The position numbers were made by a program, and so were the translations under genes. A stretch of DNA of 64,000 nt from Chloroflexota bacterium. Its GTDB lineage: Bacteria; Chloroflexota; UBA11872. The DNA lies in NCBI GenBank assembly GCA_965243625.1, contig CBDEVI010000002.1:1974525-2038524 (forward strand), given 5' to 3'. Numbering within the stretch: the stretch's first letter is position 1; each line of letters starts with the position of its first letter. Of this stretch, positions 8,397 to 17,013 are shown one piece after another. A model generated the notes under the pieces. That model was not told where the DNA came from. It did no database searches and worked only from the letters and a program-made list of their open reading frames with translations.

Positions 8397-9587
8397 CTAG
8401 GCACCTTCCTCGTTGGGTTCCGCAAGGATTGCGGTGACCCGAGGCGTGACGACTTCGATGAGATGGACGAGGGTTGTCGCCAGCGTGTCGGCAAAGGCGG
8501 CGTCCAAGGCACTGCCGCGACGTGACACCAATAGCTCGTTCCACTGGCTATCAAGCGTTTGGTCATCGTAAGCCTGCGCATCGGCGAGGCGAGCAACGAC
8601 ATCAATCCCCTCGCCGCCCCGAAATCCGACATAGGCGAGCCATTGATCTAGATCGTGCTCATTCTCTTCGTGCAAGTTTATGTAGTAGAACATCGTCCAG
8701 TTGCCCCACGGCCGTCGCGCATACCACAGGTGGTAGTAGCGAAAGTCAGGACCTTGGCCTGCCCACTTGCTGCGCTTTCTCGGCCGTAGCGCGCGAGGAA
8801 GGCTTTCAATTGTGGCGTCGCCAACACCTCTGAGAAAGCGCGTCACTTCATCTCGGCTGTTCCTGGCAAAGGTCTGCGCCAGGCGACTGCCGCGTTGCCC
8901 CACGGACGGCTGCTCTGTTGAGGGATCACCTATTCCGACGAGGTAGTCGTCGACACCAGGCACGGGGATGATCGTGTTGGCCTGCACATAGAGTGAATCC
9001 GCGGCTTCATCCCGATAGGGCGTCAGTTGCACGCAGGTGATCAATTCTTCTCCGGGAGCCTTCTCGTTCAGCCAGAGCGCGGCAGACGTCACCTCCGGAG
9101 CGAATCGGTGACTGGCCAGGATAATGCGTTGATCGTTGTTCAAGGCGTTGAAGTCGTCGGCGTTCAGGTGTCGGAGTAGCCGGTCCGTGGCCTCCGACTC
9201 CGACAACTCGCCGTAATCGGCGAGCATGCGGACGATGTCTTCCGCGGTGGCGTGGTGGAGGTAGCTGGCGTACTTGATCGCCTGCCAGTGGGCATCCGCA
9301 CCCGTGTCGTCGCGCTTCAGCTCGATGATGACAAGCTTGCCGTCTGCGTCCACCGCCAGCAGGTCCAGCCGCTCGTCAGTTCGGTCAAAGCCGCTGAATT
9401 CCTTGCCGATGACCAGCAAGCCCTCACCCAAAATCCCGGGATTGGCGGCCACCCACTCTTGAATGTCGCGCCGTTCCTGAAACCCCAGGCTCGAGAATTC
9501 GACCTCCTCGATTCGCTCGGATTCGCGGTTCTCAGGATTGATTCGGAAGAGCTGTGGTTCGGCGCCCATACCGCCTCCAGGCTGCAC
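8397..9587 (-). CDS. PD-(D/E)XK nuclease superfamily protein (NucS/DUF91-like N-terminal domain plus DUF4268-like C-terminal domain)
   Basis: LDLLAVDADGKLVIIELKRD matches the RecB-like nuclease core of the NucS/DUF91 families. The C-terminal half has W/Y-rich motifs typical of DUF4268-type proteins. Confidence 0.5.
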   Translation of the reverse strand: MQPGGGMGAEPQLFRINPENRESERIEEVEFSSLGFQERRDIQEWVAANPGILGEGLLVIGKEFSGFDRTDERLDLLAVDADGKLVIIELKRDDTGADAHWQAIKYASYLHHATAEDIVRMLADYGELSESEATDRLLRHLNADDFNALNNDQRIILASHRFAPEVTSAALWLNEKAPGEELITCVQLTPYRDEAADSLYVQANTIIPVPGVDDYLVGIGDPSTEQPSVGQRGSRLAQTFARNSRDEVTRFLRGVGDATIESLPRALRPRKRSKWAGQGPDFRYYHLWYARRPWGNWTMFYYINLHEENEHDLDQWLAYVGFRGGEGIDVVARLADAQAYDDQTLDSQWNELLVSRRGSALDAAFADTLATTLVHLIEVVTPRVTAILAEPNEEGA

Positions 9588-9774
9588 TCAAGGAACCGGC
9601 CAGGTGGCCGGTCCCATTCATGGTTCGACAAGCTCACCACGAACGGGGAAGGGGAGCTTACCAATGGGCGTGAATGGACTTCCATAAGGTCATACCGACG
9701 GCAGTGGGCTAGTTGATCATCTGAGCACCGCACAGTGACCCGGCACCGGCAAGCACTCACGATTTGTCAGTTGA

Positions 9775-9850
9775 CTTGTGGGGTGGATTCCCGCCTTCGC
9801 GGGAATGACGGACTCACGGTCGCCCACTGTCGAAGCGAAAGCCACTCAGG
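9775..9850. repeat. REP/MITE-like intergenic repeat (family A: GGTGGATTCCCGCCTTCGCGGGAATGACGGACTCA)
   Basis: Palindromic core ATTCCCGC-CTTC-GCGGGAAT, shared with at least 9 other loci in this window. Confidence 0.8.
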
Positions 9851-9949
9851 CGGCAGTTGCTGGGGAGGCATGGCAGCGGTGACGCGGCCGTCTGAGACGA
9901 CGGCGCTTACCATGCGGCCAATGAGCCGCTGCGCCCAGGAGTCACTGCG

Positions 9950-11257
9950 ATGACCGAGTCCCAGATCCGCGAGCGAGTGTTGGCCGAGGTGGATGCGCTG
10001 GCCGATGACCTGGTCCAGATGACCATCGACACCGTCCGCATTCCGTCGGTGAATCCGACCTATCCGGGCATCGACCAGGAGGCGGCGCGCGGCGGCGAGA
10101 CCCGCGTGAACGAGTTCTGCCAGCCGCTGATGGAGGCCGCGGGCCTGGAGACCGACCTGTGGGAAGCGGAAGAGGGCCGGGCGAACCTTGCCGGCAGGCT
10201 CAGCGGCGCGGGTGGGGGCCGCTCGCTGCTTTTCAACGGCCACGTGGACGTGGTGCCGCCTGGACCGGACGCCAATTGGAGCAAGGCCGGGCCGTGGAGC
10301 GGCGAGGTCATCGACGGCAAGATCTGGGGGCGCGGCTCGTGCGACATGAAGGGCGGCAACGCCGCCGCGCTGACGGCGTTGCGCGCGGTATTGCAGGCGG
10401 GCCTGCACCCCAAGGGCGACGTGATCCTCGAGTTCGTCGTGGGCGAGGAGATGATGAACACCGAGGCCGGCACCGGCGCGGCCATCGAGCGCGGCTACAC
10501 CGCGGACGCGGCGATCGTGGCCGAGGCGTCCGGCCCTCCCCACCGCCTGGGCATCATCCCGGCCTCGCCCGGCCTGCTCTACATGGCGCTGACGATCAAA
10601 GGCCGGGCGGTGCACGCCTCGATGCGCGACGAGCTGATTCGCGCGGGCGGCGGCGGCGCGGCCATCGGCGTGTCCTCCATTGACAAGGCGCAGCTGATCA
10701 TGGACGGCCTGCGCCAGCTCGAGGAGGAGTGGGGTCAGACCAAGTCCCACCCGATGTTCAAGCGTCCCGGGCACTTCACGATCTATCCGGGCTTGGTGCA
10801 GGGCGGTCCGAACGGGCCGTTCGTGATTTCGGAAGAGAGCCGCGTGGAGTACGCGATCTGGCACCCGCCGCAGGAGCCGGTGGAGGACGTGAGGGCCGAG
10901 ATCGAGACCCACATCGCGCGCGTGGCGGCCACGGACTCTTGGCTGCGGGACAACCCGCCCAACGTCGAGTGGCTGCTCTGGTGGCCGCCGTTCGACGTGT
11001 CGCCCGACGAGCCGATCTGCAAGGCGCTCGAGGCGGCCTACACGGGCGTATTCGGCACCGAAGCGCCCTACTACGGCTTCGCCGCCGTCGACGACGGGGC
11101 GTTCCTGAACCGCGCGGGAATCCCGGCCATCACCATCGGGCCGGGGAGCCTGCTGGTGGCGCACGGTCCCGACGAGCACGTGGAGATCGCCGAGTTGATC
11201 GACGCGGCCAAGATCTACGCGCTGGCGATCGTCGAGTGGTGCGGCGCCGCATCATAG
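9950..11257 (+). CDS. M20 family metallopeptidase (ArgE/DapE/acetylornithine deacetylase-like)
   Basis: LLFNGHVDVVPPG, GRGSCDMKGG and EFVVGEEMMNTEAG are the canonical M20 metal-binding segments. Confidence 0.85.
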   Translation: MTESQIRERVLAEVDALADDLVQMTIDTVRIPSVNPTYPGIDQEAARGGETRVNEFCQPLMEAAGLETDLWEAEEGRANLAGRLSGAGGGRSLLFNGHVDVVPPGPDANWSKAGPWSGEVIDGKIWGRGSCDMKGGNAAALTALRAVLQAGLHPKGDVILEFVVGEEMMNTEAGTGAAIERGYTADAAIVAEASGPPHRLGIIPASPGLLYMALTIKGRAVHASMRDELIRAGGGGAAIGVSSIDKAQLIMDGLRQLEEEWGQTKSHPMFKRPGHFTIYPGLVQGGPNGPFVISEESRVEYAIWHPPQEPVEDVRAEIETHIARVAATDSWLRDNPPNVEWLLWWPPFDVSPDEPICKALEAAYTGVFGTEAPYYGFAAVDDGAFLNRAGIPAITIGPGSLLVAHGPDEHVEIAELIDAAKIYALAIVEWCGAAS

Positions 11258-11294
11258 GATCGGAGGCAGACTCCAGCGGACGGAGGCTCCCCGC

Positions 11295-12182
11295 ATGAGT
11301 CGCACCCACTCCTGCGAACCCACGATGACGGATGAGGACGTGGTGCGGTTCTGCCGCAACGGCTACTGGATTCTCGAAGCGGCGGTGCCGGACGAGATCA
11401 ACCGGCGAGCGCTGGACTATCTGGCGTCGAACACGAGCGGGGAACCCACTGAAATCCTGCACGAGGACTGGTTCGTCGACGGCGTGATTCTCAACCCGGC
11501 GGCCGCTGGAGCGGTGCGCTCGCTGCTGGGCGACGGCTTCGCCCTGCCGACGCTGATGGCCAATCACCGGGGCCGGGGACCGGCCAAACCCCAGGATTGG
11601 CACCGGGACAGCGGCTCACGCCACGGCCCGGAACTCAACTACCTGCAGGTCTTCTACTACCCCCAGGACGTGCCGCCGGAGATGGGTCCCACGGAGCTGC
11701 TGCCGGGCTCGCACTTCCTCTACCAGCGGGAAAAGCACATGGCGCATTACGGTGCGATCAAGGGCGGCGTGCTCACCAGCGGGCCGGCCGGTTCGATCTT
11801 CATCACCGCCTACAACATCTGGCACCGTCGGGCGGCTCGCACGGCGCCTGCGGCGGCCGGCGTGCGCCACTTGCTCAAATACAACTACTGGCGGACGGTC
11901 GACCCGAGGCGAGACTGGATCGTGAACCCGGAGTTCGACGTCGCGTCGGCGGATTTCGTTGTCGACGGGCTGAGGTTCGCCGACGGGGTCCGAGATTGCG
12001 TCGACGCGGCCGAGATGTATTTCTGGCTCTGCGGGAAGATCGACGAGTTTCACTACCTGGGCGGTCAGTCGTGGCCCGCGGACATCCTGCTGACCAAGCC
12101 GGCTCCCGGTTCCCACGAACGCGCCAGGTACCGCCAGCGCTTCGGCGTGCCGGGCGACATGACCGATCGACGGGAGAGGTGA
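11295..12182 (+). CDS. phytanoyl-CoA dioxygenase (PhyH) family Fe(II)/2OG-dependent oxygenase
   Basis: WHRDSG (HxD), ELLPGSHF and NIWHRR follow the PhyH architecture. GGAGG RBS. A paralog of 17010-17918. Confidence 0.8.
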   Translation: MSRTHSCEPTMTDEDVVRFCRNGYWILEAAVPDEINRRALDYLASNTSGEPTEILHEDWFVDGVILNPAAAGAVRSLLGDGFALPTLMANHRGRGPAKPQDWHRDSGSRHGPELNYLQVFYYPQDVPPEMGPTELLPGSHFLYQREKHMAHYGAIKGGVLTSGPAGSIFITAYNIWHRRAARTAPAAAGVRHLLKYNYWRTVDPRRDWIVNPEFDVASADFVVDGLRFADGVRDCVDAAEMYFWLCGKIDEFHYLGGQSWPADILLTKPAPGSHERARYRQRFGVPGDMTDRRER

Positions 12183-12199
12183 TCCGAGCGCCGCCGATG

Positions 12200-12430
12200 A
12201 GTTGAGGGGCGGCCGCGGCCAACCTCCAGGTTCGACCGAACTGGATTCCGGCTTCCGCCGGAATGACGGAGGGACTACGCAAGCGTCTCCTACCCTGGGA
12301 GCCCTTTGCAGAACCCGGCCAAGCTTGAGGATGACCTGGCGCACCATATCCACCCCCAGATTCAATGAGGGGTGGATTCCCGCCTTCGCGGGAATGACGA
12401 AGGATTACGCAAGGGAGTTTATATACGTAA
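12200..12430. repeat. composite REP/MITE-like intergenic repeat (two family-A palindromes: GGATTCCGGCTTCCGCCGGAATGACGG and GGTGGATTCCCGCCTTCGCGGGAATGACGAAGG)
   Basis: Same modules as at 20893, 31652, 32575, 34042, 40508 and 42573. Confidence 0.8.
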
Positions 12431-12448
12431 GTGCCCACGGGTCGGTAG

Positions 12449-12847
12449 CTAGCCCGGTCGACCGTCGCGGACGAGCCGGCAGCTCTGAGGGTCGACATAG
12501 CCCGAGCCCGTGCCCTGCAGCCGCACCCCAAAGGCGTTCAGCCACGAGTACTGCATCACGACGTAGTGCGTGCCGTCCGCTACCGGCTCTCTCGTGAACC
12601 GCGTCTCCACATGCTGGAAGCTGTCCGGTGAGAGCAAGTCCTGTTTCATCAGCTCCACCAGCCCGCCGTGTGAGCCGTCCCACGGATCGAGGCACCGCTC
12701 GGACCAACTGGGCGTCGGCGTCGGCGTGGCGCGTCGCTGCTCCTGGATCTCGCGGACCCGCCCCATATCGGCGTTGAACGAGGCACAGATACCGATGGCC
12801 CCGACTGCTGCTGCGATCCCCACGATCCAGAGTGCGACACGCCGCAT
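12449..12847 (-). CDS. hypothetical N-terminally membrane-anchored protein
   Basis: Strong AGGAGGA RBS 5 nt upstream of the ATG. N-terminal TM helix, then a Cys-containing soluble domain. No family recognised. Confidence 0.5.
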   Translation of the reverse strand: MRRVALWIVGIAAAVGAIGICASFNADMGRVREIQEQRRATPTPTPSWSERCLDPWDGSHGGLVELMKQDLLSPDSFQHVETRFTREPVADGTHYVVMQYSWLNAFGVRLQGTGSGYVDPQSCRLVRDGRPG

Positions 12848-13094
12848 CCCGTCCTCCTGCTACCAGACAGCCCCAGCGTGAGCCGCTGGGGCGCGTTTCC
12901 CAGTACCAGTAGGACAAGCCCCGCAGCCCGCACTGGGGCTGCCGGGAAACGCGCACGCGCCTTGCGACGCCTGCGGTCCTACTGGTGCGCGGAGGGTAGC
13001 AGGTCACAAACTTGTCAACCGTTGTCGAACGGCACGGCCACGCCGTACACTCAAGGCCCGGACAGAGAGAGTCCGGCTGGCGAGAGGGACTGCC

Positions 13095-13352
13095 ATGACC
13101 CCGGAGACTGCAGCGTTGTCCCGAGAGATTGTTGCCTACGAGTTTATGCGCGACGAACTGGAAGCCGAACACTTCGGCCGGTGGATCGTCGTGCACGACG
13201 AAGAAGTGTTTGGCATCTACGATGATCTTCAAGAGGCGGCGGATGCCGCCGTGCGCAACTTTGGACGCGGGCCGTTTTTGCTTCGCCAGATCGGCGAGCC
13301 GTCGACGGCACTGCCAGCGTCGGTGATGCAACCGGTCAATGCCGACAGCTAG
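13095..13352 (+). CDS. hypothetical small protein (85 aa) overlapping the start of the retropepsin-like gene
   Basis: GAGAGGGA RBS. Acidic 85-aa product. Its 3' end overlaps the downstream gene by 14 nt. Confidence 0.45.
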   Translation: MTPETAALSREIVAYEFMRDELEAEHFGRWIVVHDEEVFGIYDDLQEAADAAVRNFGRGPFLLRQIGEPSTALPASVMQPVNADS

Positions 13353-13812
13353 CTGTGGGTTCGTCGGACAGCCAGACTTGCTGTGGACGCATGGACCTAC
13401 GCTCCCTGTGCAGATTGGATTCGATGCGACATTTCAGGCGGGTGTAACACCGCGGGCAGACATTTCGGGTCCACAGCTGCCCGCTCTAGTCGACACAGGG
13501 GCGTACGAGAGTTCCGTTGACTCAATGCTGGCTGAAGCGTTGAAGCTACCCGTCGTTGGACGACGAGAAGTCGCAGGAAGCGCGGGGCCGCATACCGTCA
13601 ACCGCCACTTGGCCCAGATTTACGTCCCGACGCTGGACTACACAATCTATGGACTCTTCGACGGCGTTCACCTATTGGCCGGTGGTCAGCGACACGTGGC
13701 CCTGATTGGCCGGCTGTTCTTGCGAAGCTTTACGCTGACCTACGATGGCCTCACCGGTGCGGCGACCATCAGCAACGATGCGCACATTCGAACTGGGTCT
13801 ATAGGACCGTAG
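13339..13812 (+). CDS. retropepsin-like (clan AA) aspartic protease
   Basis: Catalytic LVDTGAYESSV (D-T-G-A) and the flap/dimerisation motif ALIGRLFL (hh-G-R-x-h-L) of retroviral-type and bacterial TIGR02281/03698-type aspartic proteases. Confidence 0.6.
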   Translation: MPTASCGFVGQPDLLWTHGPTLPVQIGFDATFQAGVTPRADISGPQLPALVDTGAYESSVDSMLAEALKLPVVGRREVAGSAGPHTVNRHLAQIYVPTLDYTIYGLFDGVHLLAGGQRHVALIGRLFLRSFTLTYDGLTGAATISNDAHIRTGSIGP

Positions 13813-13837
13813 TCCCCACCGGCAGCGACGGTCCGAG

Positions 13838-14041
13838 TTAGTCGGCGTCCGGCTGTTCGGTCGTCGGGGGCTTCGGAGCCGGCTTGAGGTACTCCCACTC
13901 ACCGGGCTTCCTCGGCGGGCTGGTCATCAGCGCGCGCGCCACCGCCTCCGGGGTGTCGGGAATCGGCTCGGGCATCGGCCTGGGCGGGCGGCCCCGCTTG
14001 CGGCGTGGACCAGATGGTGTACTCATCAACTCACTTGCCAA
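13838..14041 (-). CDS. hypothetical small basic/Pro-rich protein
   Basis: Last of four co-oriented, abutting small ORFs in the lower-GC island. No family recognised. Confidence 0.3.
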   Translation of the reverse strand: MASELMSTPSGPRRKRGRPPRPMPEPIPDTPEAVARALMTSPPRKPGEWEYLKPAPKPPTTEQPDAD

Positions 14042-14045
14042 TCAT

Positions 14046-14246
14046 TCAGGTTCGATTGTTGGCCGCTGACTTCAGCCGCTCATACTCTGCGTCCCGCTCG
14101 GCGTTCTTATGCAGCTGTGCATACTCCTTCTCGAGCTGTCGATCAATGTGCCAGTGCCAGGCGATGCACCCGCTGGCTATCACAGTCCCGCCTGCCCAGA
14201 TGAGTCCACCAATCAACCAGTTCGTATGCGGCAACACGAAATCCAT
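14046..14246 (-). CDS. hypothetical small membrane protein (N-terminal TM plus coiled coil; holin-like, speculative)
   Basis: TM segment LIGGLIWAGGTVIASGCIAW followed by a charged helical tail. Its start abuts the stop of the upstream ORF. Confidence 0.35.
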   Translation of the reverse strand: MDFVLPHTNWLIGGLIWAGGTVIASGCIAWHWHIDRQLEKEYAQLHKNAERDAEYERLKSAANNRT

Positions 14247-14521
14247 TAGCCACTACCATTGCTGACCGCCGTGATGACTGCCGTGATCAGCCCGGAGGCC
14301 AGAATGGCTCCTGGCGTCACAAACACCAAGCACACGGTTGCCGCACCAAGTGCGACTTGAGCCTTCGTCGGTCGCTGGCGAATCTCAGTCAGCGCAACCG
14401 TCGCATCCGCCTGCGCCTTGGAGAGGTCCTCGCGTAGCTTGAGAACCTCTGCGCTTAGATGCTCGGTGGTCGTAATCCCCTCACCTGATGCAGGCGGACG
14501 CGACGGGTCTTGGTGGCTCAC
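14246..14521 (-). CDS. hypothetical small membrane protein (coiled coil plus C-terminal TM; XhlA-like, speculative)
   Basis: Coiled-coil EVLKLREDLSKAQADATVALTEIRQR followed by the TM segment LVFVTPGAILASGLITAVITAV. Overlaps the upstream ORF by 4 nt. Confidence 0.35.
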   Translation of the reverse strand: MSHQDPSRPPASGEGITTTEHLSAEVLKLREDLSKAQADATVALTEIRQRPTKAQVALGAATVCLVFVTPGAILASGLITAVITAVSNGSG

Positions 14522-14805
14522 TCGTGAAAGACCTTCTGACCCTTAATCCAGTCCCACACGCGGGGGTCAAAGAATCCGGCGAATCCGCCATTCAGGCTGA
14601 TAACGATCCCGCATGTGTCTGCGGTTGCTGCTTGTCCCCCAATGCCGAGTTCATCTCTGATCGCCGGTGCCAACTTTGCACTGCGAATCATCACCGTCGT
14701 TTCCGACACGGGAAAATAGTCCCCCGTCGGCTCATACAGATTCTTGGCCCGCCCAAGCACCTCCTCATCAGCGCTGTCCAGCATGACTGCGAACAACTGC
14801 GCCAT
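14518..14805 (-). CDS. hypothetical protein (96 aa)
   Basis: Very strong RBS GAAGGAGG 5 nt upstream of the ATG at 14805. First gene of the four-gene small-ORF string downstream of the IS1595 transposase. Confidence 0.45.
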   Translation of the reverse strand: MAQLFAVMLDSADEEVLGRAKNLYEPTGDYFPVSETTVMIRSAKLAPAIRDELGIGGQAATADTCGIVISLNGGFAGFFDPRVWDWIKGQKVFHE

Positions 14806-14893
14806 GGCTACCTCCTTCAACCGACACCCTCCCAATGACTCCTAGCTTGCCTCAGGGGTGTCGGCCTTACCTCATGATCACACGGCTGTCAAG

Positions 14894-15999
14894 GCTGGCT
14901 CAACAAACCGCTCGTAGCAAGCCGCGAAAATATATCAGCATCTAGCAAGTGCCGTGGACAAGCCGCCAGAAGCCGGCTAGGCCACTACTGCCGCGCCGGA
15001 TACGCAGGCCCACCGGCAATCAGATCCCGGTAGCGCAGCCGCTTCCCCAGCATCCCGCGCGCCATCGCCTTCATCTGGTCGATCGTGTCGAGCGAGCGGC
15101 GGTTGTGCCGGCCCTCAAACTCCCGCACGTAGCGCGGCAGATGCTTCGGCGACATCTTGTGGTAGGTGCCGTGGTAGCTGCGCTTCAGCAGGCTCCAGAA
15201 ACTCTCGAGGCCATTCGTATGCGCCTGCCCGTCGACGTACTGGCCGACGGAATGCTTGACGGCCTGGTGGTTCGGCAGACCCCGGTAGGCCGTCGCCTCG
15301 TCCGTGTAGATCAGCGCGTCGGCCTCGGTGTGGTCCCGCACGAATTCCTGGAGTGTGGCCAGCTTCGTATCCGGCACCACGGCGGCGCTCACGCGGCCCG
15401 TCGCCCGGTCTTTCACGCCGGCGACCGCCACCTTACCGACCGTGCCGCGTCCGGCGTTCAATCGCTTGGAGGCGTGCTTGTTCTTCTCCTTGCCGCCCAC
15501 AAGCGTCTCATCGGCTTCCACCGGTCCTTCGAACGGTTCGGTCTGCTGATCGCGCCAGGTCTCGCGGATCCGGTGGGCGAGGTGCCACGCGGATTTCTGC
15601 GTGATCCCGATGTCCCGGTGCAGCTTCATCGACGCCGTGCCCTTGATGCCGGTCGTCAACAGGAAGGTCGCCAGCGCCCAGACCTGGTAGCCCAGCTTCG
15701 AGCTTTCCATCACCGTGCCGGTCCGGGTGCTGAACCGCTTGCGGCAGTCGCGGCAGCGGTACGGCATCGTCTTGTGCGCCGCGTTCGCCTGGACGCGGTC
15801 GGAGTCGCAATGGGGGCAGCGTGGGCCATCCGGCCAGCGGGCGTCGGCGAACCATGCCTCAGCCGCCGCGTCGTCGGGGAACCGGCGAAAGAACTCCACC
15901 AGGGTGATGCCCTTCCGGTAGTGCTGGCCAGGGGCGCTGCGGGCCATCCGTCGTCCTCAGGGTTTGTATGGATATACGGAAGTATAGTGCCCAATCGTT
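14894..15999. mobile_element. candidate IS1595-family insertion sequence (about 1.1 kb) delimited by an 11-bp direct repeat CGGCTGTCAAG
   Basis: A single transposase ORF. Identical 11-mers at 14883-14893 and 16000-16010 are a candidate target-site duplication. Terminal inverted repeats could not be confirmed by eye. Confidence 0.45.
14985..15947 (-). CDS. IS1595 family transposase (N-terminal zinc-ribbon plus ISXO2-like DDE domain)
   Basis: CPHCDSDRV...YRCRDCRKRFSTRTGT zinc-ribbon. DDE region: ADETLVGGKEKNKH...IYTDEATAYRGL...NGLESFWSLLKRSYHGTYH. Confidence 0.85.
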   Translation of the reverse strand: MARSAPGQHYRKGITLVEFFRRFPDDAAAEAWFADARWPDGPRCPHCDSDRVQANAAHKTMPYRCRDCRKRFSTRTGTVMESSKLGYQVWALATFLLTTGIKGTASMKLHRDIGITQKSAWHLAHRIRETWRDQQTEPFEGPVEADETLVGGKEKNKHASKRLNAGRGTVGKVAVAGVKDRATGRVSAAVVPDTKLATLQEFVRDHTEADALIYTDEATAYRGLPNHQAVKHSVGQYVDGQAHTNGLESFWSLLKRSYHGTYHKMSPKHLPRYVREFEGRHNRRSLDTIDQMKAMARGMLGKRLRYRDLIAGGPAYPARQ

Positions 16000-16644
16000 C
16001 GGCTGTCAAGTATCCGCCTCCAGCGTGACAGCACGATCCAGATCAGCACCCGTGATACCCTCAGCGCCCCCTTCGGAACCGGGCAATTGAGCATGGCGAA
16101 CCAGCGAATTGACCTCGTGGATGAGATCGTGAACATATGGCCTCACATGCTTCAGGAAGGATCTGACCGGTCGCCACGTCTTGTGGTGACCATTGACTGT
16201 CGACCATCCGAGGTGGACTTCACCTATGTGACAGGACCGCAGCTCAAGCGGGGGGTTCTGGTTGGCGACGTATCCCCGCTGAGGTCTGAGCCGGTGACGC
16301 GAGCACTGGGTCTGACGCTTGACGATGCCGAGACCCTTCACCGCCGACTTCGCGGCTTTCTCCGAGCGTTTCGAGAATGGCCTCGAACCGAACAAGATCA
16401 GCCATAGACTTCGCCTCGTCGGCTGTCTTCAGCCTCTCGTCTTCCAATCCCGGCGGGTCGTTGGCTGTCATCGTAAGCCTCCCTTCGAGAGCACCGCCGC
16501 TTGGGCACTTTGGTATATAAACTCCTACGCAAGGGTCTACCTGGGGAGTGATGCGAGGTGACCCAGGGGTCCCCGAATGGGCCGGCAGGCGCGAGCTAGG
16601 ATGGGAGGCGCGAGCGCCACGGCGCGATCGGCGGAGGTCTGCTG

Positions 16645-17013
16645 ATGAAGGACCTGCGGCAGATGGTGCGGCAGTGCATCGACGAGCTGCGCGAAGGGCG
16701 GCTGACCGAGGAGCGGCTGCGCGAGCTGGAGGACGCCGTCGGCGCGGAGAAGCCGCGGCGCTGGGATCTGCTTTACCTCCAGGCGGCCAAGACGTCGGAA
16801 GTGTCCGACGTGGTCGGCATGCGCATGATCCGCGACGGCGAGGTGGTCTATCCGCTGCCGCCGCCCGAAGACTGGCCCTATAAGACTGTCCTGGAGGCCA
16901 TCAACGACGGCTGGCGGGTGGTGAAGTTTCCCGAGCTGTCGCTGCTGATGGACGAGGGCCGCACCTATGGACTCTCTTGCGAGTTCATCCTGGAACGGAG
17001 GGCGACCGCATGA
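16645..17013 (+). CDS. hypothetical protein (122 aa), translationally coupled (ATGA) to the downstream PhyH-family gene
   Basis: The ORF ends in the ATGA overlap with the ATG at 17010. No family recognised. Confidence 0.4.
   Translation: MKDLRQMVRQCIDELREGRLTEERLRELEDAVGAEKPRRWDLLYLQAAKTSEVSDVVGMRMIRDGEVVYPLPPPEDWPYKTVLEAINDGWRVVKFPELSLLMDEGRTYGLSCEFILERRATA

Noticed and set aside
9767-11179. 470-aa minus-strand ORF
   Set aside because: Antisense to the M20 peptidase gene (9950-11257), which has clear family motifs.
16006-16471. ORFs 16087-16407 (+), 16006-16395 (-) and 16244-16471 (-) between the IS and gene 16645
   Set aside because: They overlap each other on opposite strands and none has an RBS or recognisable motif. 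They are left unannotated, though one could be a real small gene.
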